Shown in pieces: positions 53,961 through 64,000 of a stretch of 64,000 nt of DNA. Source of the DNA: Octopus vulgaris (taxonomy: Eukaryota); NCBI GenBank assembly GCA_951406725.2, contig OX597825.1, forward strand, positions 46,004,001-46,068,000, read 5' to 3'. The translations under genes and the position numbers were made by a program. Under the pieces are notes generated by a model. It was given only the letters and a program-made list of their open reading frames with translations. It ran no database searches and had not been told where the DNA came from. The stretch's first letter is position 1. Each line of letters starts with the position of its first letter.

Positions 53961-54585
53961 ACGCACATATACATATATTTACACACATACTCATACGTGC
54001 ATGCATGTACCCACTCATACACACACATACATAGGTAAGCTAAAATATACATACATCTTGAAGCTGGCTGGATGTGGTGTGCCATATCAAGTCAATACAA
54101 TGTAGCCCACTACTAAATGTAGCATATAAATGTAACACTTCAAGGTTGGAGTAACCAGCGAACATCAAATAATTAACACTAAGAAGGAAGAAATGTTATT
54201 TACATATATTTATTCCCTTACCCCACAGGTTGTTAAAGAGCCAGTAGCAATTCTAGTGATAGTGATGACAAGGATGACTTGCTGGTTAATAGTTGATATG
54301 ATTGTCTGTCAGTAGAGAGTGAAAGACTAAGGTAGCCATGGTGCTGATTAGAAAGGAAAACAGGATAAAAGCAGCATTGTCTTTCTTATGGCCGAACGCC
54401 TCTCTTAGCATGTGAAGGGTGAATGGAAGTGCTGCTTTTGGTTAAGGCTGATGCAAAACATAATTTCTGTAATTCATTGTGGTAGCACACATTTCTCTTT
54501 GAGAATGTTTTCTGACACACGGTTTCTATTTTATTATTACTTATATTCCACCGCTTCATCATTTAATGGGAGAAAAGTACTGAAG

Positions 54586-54631
<46 letters not shown>

Positions 54632-54639
54632 GCTTGTTG

Positions 54640-54735
54640 TTTATACCCAAAAAATGGACTTGTTATTTATACTCAAGAAATGGACTTGTTTGTGCCCAAG
54701 AAATGGATTTGCTGTTTGTACCCAAGAAATGGACA
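54640..54735. repeat. Short tandem repeat, 4 x ~23-27 bp
   Basis: cccaagaaatggact-like unit repeated four times. Confidence 0.75.
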
Positions 54736-55944
54736 ACGCACAGGTTATACTTATTTCTATAACATCATTCTCTATTAGTAAATTTCGTTTCTTGTAACAA
54801 TTTAAAGGAATGTTAAAGACAATTTATTTTAATAACATGAACTGTCTGGATAAAGAATCAAATAAAAGAAAATGAAAAACAGTGGAAGGTTTTGTAATTA
54901 GGAGCAGAGTAAGGTTGAATATCTAAAAGAATTTGCAACATGTAAGATGTTTGTAAGCAATTCCATAACAACAAAAACCGTTCCTTTCACTGGAACATTT
55001 AAATTTCGTTTGTGTCTAAATATTTTCATTCTTTGAAACCACGGAAAAACCCTGACAAAAATTTGTGCTACATCTGTTTTGTCAGTGAACAAGTCTCGGT
55101 TTCAAAGCGACAAAAATATTGAGATTGAAATGAGATTTAAATCTTGGAGTGAAACCAAATTTGTGTGTGTGTGTGTGCATATGTTCTTGAGTGGTATACA
55201 AACATCTACGCTGCAATTGTTTTTGTTAATACCATTATGTAGAAGACAGAATCGAAAAAATTTTGCGCGCAAATTTTTGTTTTCATCTTTGTTTATAGCA
55301 TAGATAATTTTTTCTGAAATGCCACCTTTGGCCTGCAGGACGCATTGGTTGGCCTGAGGCAATAGTTGAAAACACTTACTGGCAAACAGGGGCGGAGGAC
55401 CAGGAGAATTCACACGATCCAATTTTTACCCTATAGAAAATGGATATTCTTTCTAACCACAAGGTTCCAGGTACAGTCCCACTGCATGGCACCTTGGGGA
55501 AACACTGGAGTTTAAAGGTCAAGGTCTGATGATGTTAACTTTCCAAGCGCGCATTTTTTTCCACATACATTTAAAGCAAGTTGTTTTATACCTATTACAC
55601 TAAATTTTAATTATTTTTTTGCTCAGGTCAAATGCTAGAGTTTAAAGATCATGGTCTGACGATGTGAATTTTCCGAGTCCTCTCCCCCACCCACCGTTCA
55701 CAAGTGCGCATTTTTTTAAATATTTGTTTACAGCAAGTTGTTTTACACCTATTACACTATTTTCTTTTTTGGCTGTGGTGAGATGACTCGCAACATTCAT
55801 GATGTGAACTTTCCAAGTCCTTTCCCCCACCTCCCATTAGCGAGCGCACATTTTTTTCCATATTCATTTACTACATGTTGTTGTACACCTATTACACTGA
55901 TTAAAAAATTTTTATTTGCTCAGGTCAAGCACTTTAGTTTAACA

Positions 55945-56662
55945 CTCGGTCATTTGTCATTGCCTCTGTGAGGCTCAACACTTGAAGGGTGCTTTTGAAG
56001 TACCACTGGCATTGGCCACTTCATCTCTGTGAGGCCCAATGCTCAAAATGGCACCCATGCTACTGGCATGGGTGCCATTTATGTGACACCAGCATTGGCC
56101 ACGACTACAATTTGACAAGTCTTCTTAAGTGCAGCATACCACCGAAGTCACTAGTCACTGCCTCTGTGGGGCCCAAAGTTTGAAGATCATGCTTCACCAC
56201 TTTGTTTTCCTGAGTCTATGTTTTCCTGAGTCTACCTCTACCACAAGTTCCCTCCACAGTTAGAGATCAGCACTTCTTTACCAGTGCAGTCAGCTCTCTT
56301 GCACACCACATCTGATATCTCTTATGCCCAACTTTTCTCTCAAGATGCATACACTTTTGAACATGCACACTGACGTTGTACATCCAACGAAACATACTTG
56401 CTTAATTTCTTTCAAGGTTACACATGTCTTTGGCTGTCACAGCCCAGGTTTCACTGCTGTATAGCAAAGATGTTTGTACATAGGCATCATATAATCTCCT
56501 TTCACTCTGAGGGAGAGGTCCTTTGTTGCCAGCAGAAGTAGGAGCTCTCTGAACTTTGCTCAGCCCATTCTTATTCTCACAGCTACAGTCTCAGAGCATC
56601 CACCTCCGCTACAAACTTGGTCATCTAGATAATGGAAGCTATCTACTACCTCTAGCTTACCC
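55945..56662 (-). mobile_element. RTE LINE 3' fragment
   Basis: GKLEVVDSFHYL..QV.SGGGCSE..AVRIR, collinear with the ends of the other RTE copies. Confidence 0.75.
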
Positions 56663-57092
56663 AAAACTATCACAGAGGAAATAAACAGATATCCCAACAA
56701 ATTTCTATTCATGGCAGAAATACAAGCTTTTTTTACTATAAAATAAGTCTCTCAGCAGTTGCTCACTGTCATAAATAGAATATTACTTCCACATCTCAGA
56801 CAATGCCAACACAATCATTAAGCCTTCTCTCATTATCCAAATTGTCTACTTCCCTACCTTCATTCAGGTTTTGTACTAATTATCATACCCAATTCCTCAG
56901 AATGTTAGCACTCTTGAATAATTTCTTTGTCCATGCTTTTCCAGCAGCCATTGGCTTGAAGCTGTTCAATAACATCAATCTCAATGATTTTAGAGAATTA
57001 GGAAGGCCATGAGCACAGCCCTAGCTGAACCATTAAAAATACCATTGAACCATTAAAAATACTGGTAGTAAAAAAAAAAAAAGAGCAAATAC

Positions 57093-57188
57093 CTTGTAGA
57101 TGTTTTATCTTTGCACAGAGTGATTCAAAAGATTCTACTGATTCAAAATATAGTGAAGCATCTTCAGGCTCGTCTTTGAAAAATTTTT
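57093..57188 (-). CDS. Putative internal exon of host gene
   Basis: ttcttctatgttcag|AA AAA TTT...CTA CAA G|gtattt; 96 nt, phase 1-1, EKFFKDEPEDASLYFESVESFESLCAKIKHLQ. Confidence 0.6.
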
Positions 57189-57704
57189 CTGAACATAGAA
57201 GAAATTTCAAGAAAAATGGGGAAAAACCCTTCAAATCAATTATACAAAATCCACAAATACAATCACAAATGTAGAAAACATTTATTTGCTATGAATTATC
57301 ATAAGATTATTGAGTTAATTAAGTATTTGATTGATAAGAAGAGAAATGGTTGAGTGCAGAAGGTATCAGATGAACAAGTTGTGAGTTCCACAGGAGAAAC
57401 AATTCTGCTTGTTTCTGTTCATCATCATCACCGTTTAACTGGAAAAAATATCAAGTCTTCTGAGAAAGGTTAGCAGTGATAAATAAGCAGCGCACCCACA
57501 GATTTCTTATGTGACATGGATGACTGAATACAACTGGCCAATCACAGGCACTGTGGTGAGTCCATGGCTAAAAAGTATCTCCCAACCACCTAGTCCACGT
57601 GCATGTGTTACACTGGGAAAGTTCGATATTAAGAGCACTAAGTGCTGTTGAACTGAAGACAATTTGAATTGCAGTCCTAAAATCAATTCCTACAAGAAAG
57701 TTAC

Positions 57705-57759
57705 TTGCAATAGACTGGTGTACTATACAAGCTGAAATCTGACATTCTTCTACTTAATT
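57705..57759 (-). CDS. Possible internal exon of host gene
   Basis: ctgattttcatag|AA TTA AGT...TGC AA|gtaact; 55 nt, phase 1-2, ELSRRMSDFSLYSTPVYC. Confidence 0.35.
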
Positions 57760-58749
57760 CTATGAAAATCAGCAAACACTAAAGTTTGAAAAGTTTAAAT
57801 GTTTGTGAATCATTAGTTATAATGAAATGTTTAATCAACTAGGAGACAAAAATGACAATTCCAAACATACCTTTATATGAATTTCTAGATTTTGTTAAAG
57901 ATAGCAATAACAATGTTTTAAACACAGAAAACAGAAACTAAGTATTTTTTAATTTTTGTTTTATTTTATTCTAATGTAACCTGCTTTAATGTCTCTCCCA
58001 TTCAGCATCTCCACCCACCCGAATTTTTTGATTTTTTTGATATGTTTATATGATAATATGTAGCTTAGACTAGTATGAGTTCTATGCTTTTATGTTAGTA
58101 TGTGGATTAGAACAGTATGATTTCTTATATGTTTATATGAGAATATGTAGATTAGAAATAGTATGGTTTCTTATGTTTTTTTATATTATGTGGCTTAGAG
58201 TGATTATTAATAATAATAATAATAATAATAATTTAAATATTAAAGAAACATTGAAACAATGGTGTCCATCTTTGCTAACAAGTCTGCCCTCCCACTCCTA
58301 CCGCTTCAATTTAAACATACATGACTTTCTTCCTTAGCTAACTGTACTCCTGCTCTGTGAGTAGAGGTTCCCCCACCTCTTGTACCCATATGCTTGTGTG
58401 CATATGCCTGTCAGAGTACCATATAAGTGTATGGATGTATGTGCTTGCAGGTATGTATGTATATATTTCTATCTAAGTGTATGCTTATGTGGACTACACG
58501 TTCATATATGTATATATATATGTGAGTATGTGTGTGTGTATATATGAATATGTAAGATTCATACCGTGCTGTGTAGTGTTTGTATATGTATATATATATA
58601 GACATATAAGACTGCTTTTTACCCCTCTCTTTACTGGCCCTTAATCTGGATGCTGTATGGTAGTAAAGAAATTGTCCCTCATTGAACTGAATACACAGTG
58701 TACCAAGGTTATCTGCTACCTGGAAAGTGTTTGTGCAGATCTTCTTTTC

Positions 58750-61700
58750 AGATAGACAAAAGCCCCACAAAAACTACCTTCACATTGTCCCTCCCAAGTA
58801 TACAATTTTAGGGTCACAACCATCAATGTTGGTACAATGAAGAAGAGATCTAATGAAATTATCAAAATGAAAGATCATCACGATGTCGATGTATGTGATG
58901 TGCAAGAAGTGAGATGGAAGGGGGCTTCTGCTTAATTCCCCACAGGTAAGAAACAGAGGTTCAAATTCTGGGTAGGCAGGAGTGATGGAATGGGTGATGT
59001 GAGCATACTCTTAGTAGAAAAGTGGGTAGATAAGGTAATTGAGGTAGTCAGACTATGTGATAGGGTTATTAAGTTGAGACTTATCATAGATAGATTAGCA
59101 GTTACATTTATCTCTGCCTATACTCCACAGGTTGGGCTGGCTGATGACCAGAATGACCAATTCTATGAGGTCCTTCTGCAGACTGCCTCAACAACAAATG
59201 ACAGAGAATTAGTTATTGTGGTTGGTGACTTTAATGGACATGTTGGGTAGCATTCTCATGGATTCCATGGTGTGCATGGTGGTTATGATTTTGGCCCCAG
59301 GAATGAGGAAGGAACAAGACTACTGGTGTTCTGTAATGCAAATGATCTCATGACCTGCAAACCTAACTTCAGAAAATCAGCCAGCCACCTATCACTTATT
59401 AGTCTGGTGGGAACATAAGCTAGGTCAATTACCTCCTCACCAGGTAATGAGATAGGCTGATGCTCACAAATGTGAAGTCTTTACCAGGGAAAAAGTGTAC
59501 ACCCCAACATAGGCTACTAGTTAGTGACTTCAGAATTAGGGCTATGAAGACTCGGAGAAATAAACCATATTGGAAAATAAGATTATGGAAGCTCAAAGAC
59601 CCAGCAAACAAACAAAATTTAGAGACATTCTCCTGAAAGCCTCTGAATATAGAGGAGGAAGGGATATATAGCTTAGAGGACAACTAGAAGTTCCTGTGGG
59701 ACAATTTACTGGGGCCACTGACCAAATCTGAGGTCAGTGCAAAGTCCCAGCTAGGCTGAGGGTGACATGGTAGTGGAACAAGAAGGTGGACAACACTATA
59801 AAAGCAAAGAGACAGGCCTGGAAAGATTGGAAAAATGGTGGAAGGAGAGCATTATATCAGGGAGCCAGAAGGGAAGCTAGGTGACAGGTTTACCTATCAA
59901 AAGAATAGCAGAAGGTAAAAGATTTTCCAATGTTCTACAGCATAAGGAACAGAGGCAATGAGATGGATTACAAAGTAGTGTCTCAGAAAGAATAGAGATT
60001 TGGTGAGTGAGAAATGTGTGTGAATGGATAATGTTATGTTTGCATCTAGTGACACAGAGAAGACAGATGCATGGAGATGCCATTATGAAAGGTTATTAAA
60101 TGTGGAGAATGATTGGGAGGAAAGTCTTTCAAATATTGAACCAATTGAGGGACCAGCTGTCAGAGTTGATAGCAGTATACTCTAGATAAGGCAATTAAGG
60201 ATGTGAAGGCTGGGAAAGCCCCAGGACCATTGGGTATCACTGCTGAGATGCTTAAAATATCCGGTAGTGTATGATACAGACTAGTCACTCGTATGGTTAA
60301 TCAGGTTATTTATGAAAGCATCATTCCCAAAGACTGGTGTAGTAGTATTATAGTTAACTGCTACAAGTGTAAAGGTAATGCTTTAGATAGAAACAACTAC
60401 AGAGGTATCAAACTACTGGAACAGGTCATGAAATTTAGAGACAGTTATAGTTCAATTGATTAGAAATAGAATTAAACTAAATGAGATGCAGTTAGGTTTT
60501 GTTCCTGGGAGAAGTACCATAGATGCCATCTTCCTAGTGAGACAGTTGCAAGAAAAGTATTCGGCTAAAAGTAAACCATTGTACTTAGCTTTGGTTGACC
60601 TGGAGAAAACTGGTGGTCTCTAAGGAATCTAGGAGTAGAGGAGTGGCTTGTTAGAGCAGTACAAGCCATGTAGAGCGGTGCTGTCAGTAAAGTGAGAGTC
60701 GGCCTTGAATACAGTGATAAATTATGTGTACAAGTTGGAGTTCACCAGGGATCAGTTCTTAGTCCACTCTTATTCATCAGAGTTCTCCAGGCCATAACAG
60801 AGGTATTCAAAACTGGATGCCCATGGAAACTGCTATATGTTGATGATCTTGCTATTATTGCAGAACTGGAGAAGTTCCAGACATGGAAGCAAAACCTGGA
60901 ATCAAAAGGCCTTAAAGTTAACCTAGCAAAGACTAAAGCTGTTAGCAAGAAAGCAGGTAAGATTCTATTTCCATCAGGTAATTGGCTCTGCTCAATATAT
61001 AGGAAAGGAGTGGGAAGTAATTCCATTTGCTGCATCCTGTGTAAGCTATGGATGCATAAGAGATGCAATGGAATCACAGGTAGGTCAACAGACGAGGTTG
61101 TTTTCGTGTATGGCAGATGTGCAGAAACATGTGACTTAGACTCTCTCAAATGGCCAGGAGGCTCTTTTGAGGTAGTAGATTGTTTCTGCTACTTAGGTGA
61201 TCAAATTAGTAACCATGGTGGATGCTCTGAAAGTATTGTTTCTAGAATAAGAATAGGATGGAGGAAATTCTGAGAGCTACTACCTCTGTTGGCAACAAAA
61301 GGATTTTCTTTCAGAGAGAAAAATAGATTGTATGATGCTGGTGTATGAACGACTATACTCCATGGTAGTGAGACATGGACTCTGAATGCGGAGGACATGT
61401 GTAGACTGGAGAGGAATGAAGGCAGTATGCTCCATTGGATTTGCAACATCAGTGTGCATAACTAATAAAGCACAACTATGTTAAAAGAAAAGTTAGGCTT
61501 AAGAGGAATTAAATGTGGCATGCTGGAGAGGAGAATGTGTTGGTTTGGACATGTGATGCGTATGAGTAAAAACAGCTGCATACAGAAGTGCCTGTCACTA
61601 AAAGAGGATGGAACTTGTGGAAGAGGGAGACCCAGGAAGACGTGGGATGAAGTGATGAGGACAAATCTCAGGAAGTTAGAGCTCATGTCTGGCAATATGA

Positions 61701-62058
61701 GGTTCAAGAGAAGACCCATCCACGTCAGCGAAACTGAGTGCTAGAAGCATTGTGCTCCACCCACATGTAGCAATAAACTTTTCACACACCCTACCCCAAG
61801 AAACCAAACTACATCTCTTCTAAATTGCATCTTTCTCTTCCTCACATTTCTCGTCATACACTATGATTGTCTCCCACTCCTCTTCCCTGCCCTCACTGCC
61901 CTGCTCAATGTATCGCTGCTTTCCCCCACTCCATTTTACACTCAAGTTTTCACCAGTCGCTGCAATCCCCACTTCCTACTTGCACCTACATGGCCAGCTC
62001 CTCTCAACAGTCCTACTAATGCATGCATGGAAGTTGGACGTTAAACGATGATAATAAC
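58750..62058 (+). mobile_element. Near full-length degenerate RTE LINE
   Basis: APE INVGTM, VQEVRWKG, ISAYTPQVG, GDFNGHVG; RT GVHQGSVLSPLLF, LYVDD; WFGHVMR, RGRPRKTW; tail ggacgttaaacgatgat. Confidence 0.9.
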
Positions 62059-62145
62059 ATAATTTTCACTATGGTGAGACATGTTTTGTTGGTAATTTTC
62101 AAAAATTAATTTTGTGACAAAATCAAATCTAAGATACTAACTTAC

Positions 62146-62388
62146 CTGTTTGTTTCTCTCTGCTTTCATTTTCAACATTTTCTTGATCCAGTTGTTTAGC
62201 TGCACCTATATGGATGTTATCATCAACCACACAATCTTCTTCAGGCTGTGAATTTTCTAATTTTGATATTTCTTCTAGATGTGGTTTTCTATCACATTCT
62301 AAACCACAACTGATTTTGTTAGAAACCTCAGAACCTGTCTTCGACACTATCTCATTCAAAAATGTTTTACAAAATGGTGATCCAGGTT
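62146..62388 (-). CDS. Putative internal exon of host gene (acidic, low-complexity peptide)
   Basis: ttctttccag|AA CCT GGA...ACA G|gtaagt; 243 nt, phase 1-1, open frame PGSPFCKTFLNEIVSK...ENESREKQT. Confidence 0.7.
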
Positions 62389-62450
62389 CTGGAAAGAAGT
62401 CATGAAGAAAGTCAAAAAAGATATATATGTATATATATATATATATATAA

Positions 62451-63202
62451 TGTTAGGTATATTTGCCATCTCAATATGGCTATCCACAAAGGGTGGGTGT
62501 TACTGTAGCTTGTAGCCCCAGGAGAACATCTTCTCCAGCTGGCTTTAGGCACACTTTCTGCACCCTATCGGTATTTGCAAAGGGAGGTCATCCTTCCCTC
62601 GTCAACCTAAGTGATACGCACGGACTGCAGTTTCTCGGTACTGACCCGTCATCAGCGCACGACAATCACCGGTTTTCGATGAAAGGAGTCCCAATGCAAA
62701 TATTTATATCCTTTTTCCAGTAACTTTTCGTCACTGATCTTGAAAAAGTGTATACAAGCAATAATAAATCTCTGAACGAGGTATAAACAGTAACTGCACG
62801 ACAATGTGAGGTATATTTGCCACCTCAATATGGCTAACCACTAAGGGTGGGTGTTACTGTAGCTTGTAGCCCCAGGAGAACATCTCCTCCAGCTGGAAAA
62901 AGGATATAAATATTTGCATTGGGACTCCTTTCATCGAAAACCGGTGACTGTCGTGTGCTGATGACGGGTCAAAACCTAGAAACTGCAGTCCGTGCATATC
63001 ACTTAGGTTGACGAGGGAAGGATGTCCTACCTTTGCAAATACTGATAGGGCACAGAAAGTGTGCCTATAGCCAGCTGGAGAAGATGTTCTCCTGGGGCTA
63101 CAAGCCTACAGTAACACCCACCCTTAGTGGTTAGCCATATTGAGATGGCAAATATACCTCACATTGTCGTGCAGTTACTGTTTATACCTCGTTCAGAGAT
63201 TT
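62451..63202. mobile_element. Non-coding PLE/retrozyme-like element with tandem + inverted copies and two hammerheads
   Basis: 62451-62720 and 62765-62896 are overlapping direct copies; 62893-63202 is inverted. CTGATGA-cgggtc...-GAAA-ctgcag-TC occurs at 62953-62995 (+) and 62618-62660 (-). Confidence 0.8.
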
Positions 63203-63221
63203 ATATATATATATATATATC

Positions 63222-64000
63222 AATACCTAGCCAAAGATAAGCCCCAGTACCTGGCTTTTGTTGACATGGAGAAAGCCTTTGACAGGGTCCCCTGATCCCT
63301 TATCTGGTGGTCAATGAGGAAACTAGGGATAGATGAATGGTTAGTGAGAGCTGTGCAAGCCATGTACAGAGACGCTGTAAGTAAGGTGAGGGTTGGCAAC
63401 GAGTACAGTGAAGAATTCCGGGTAGAGGTTGGGGTCCACCAAGGTTCAGTCCTCAGTCCCCTCCTATTTATCATAGTCCTCCTGGCAATAACGGAGGAAT
63501 TCAAGACAGGATGCTCCTGGGAGCTCCTCTATGCTGATGACCTTGCTCTAATTGCTGAGTCACTATCAGAACTGGAGGAGAAGTTTCAGGTGTGGAAACA
63601 AGGATTAAAATCGAAGGGCCTTAGAATCAACCTAGCCAAAACCAAAGTCCTAATAAGTAGGAAGGTAGACCAATCACAAACGACTTCAGGTAGATGGCCC
63701 TGCTCGATCTGTAAAAAAGGTGTAGGTAGAAACTCTATAAGGTGCACCAAGTGTAAGCTATGGACACATAAGAGGTGCAGCAATGTCAAAGGAAGGCTAA
63801 CTAGGAAAATAGTTTTTGTCTGTGGCAGATGCTCAGGCGCAATAAACACTGGAAATGTGCAGAGAGCAACTTCTACCACGTTCCAGGGAGACAAACTAGA
63901 AGTAGTTGATAGCTTCCGCTACCTAGGTGACCAAGTCAGTAGCGGGGGTGGGTGTGCTGAAAGTGTAACTGCTAGAGTAAGAATAGCCTGGGCAAAGTTT
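63222..64000 (+). pseudogene. RTE LINE RT fragment, runs off window
   Basis: FVDMEKAFDRVP, VGVHQGSVLSPLLF, LLYADD, PCSIC, LEVVDSFRYLG. Confidence 0.9.

Noticed and set aside
54222-54305. Possible minus-strand exon with good AG/GT signals
   Set aside because: Open only in phase 0-0, which does not fit neighbouring exon phases, and the peptide is unconvincing.

Overview
AT-rich, repeat-saturated animal genomic DNA, not prokaryotic. The SINE, RTE-tail and microsatellite content suggests an octopus-type cephalopod; this is an inference. Nearly all coding potential is decayed transposons: a Tx1/L1-type LINE, several RTE and CR1-type LINEs, an R2-like RLE retrotransposon, Tigger/pogo, Chapaev3, Buster/Charlie hAT, non-autonomous Helitron/HINE elements, tRNA-type SINEs, and Penelope-like elements (PLEs) of at least three lineages (Neptune-like, Hydra-like, Naiad-like). 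A few small minus-strand exons of an unidentified host gene are scattered over about 25.7-62.4 kb. The main discovery is a set of more than a dozen minimal hammerhead-ribozyme (HHR) motifs in PLE termini and non-autonomous PLE derivatives. Their catalytic cores show all four Watson-Crick combinations at the tertiary 3-8 pair: C-G (CTGANGA), U-A (TTGAAAA), A-U (ATGAATA) and G-C (GTGAACA). Also notable: a Hydra-type PLE carrying about 2 kb of unexplained antisense cargo, and a collinear RTE(APE)/R2(RLE) junction. Element boundaries were read by eye and are approximate; no database searches or folding programs were run.
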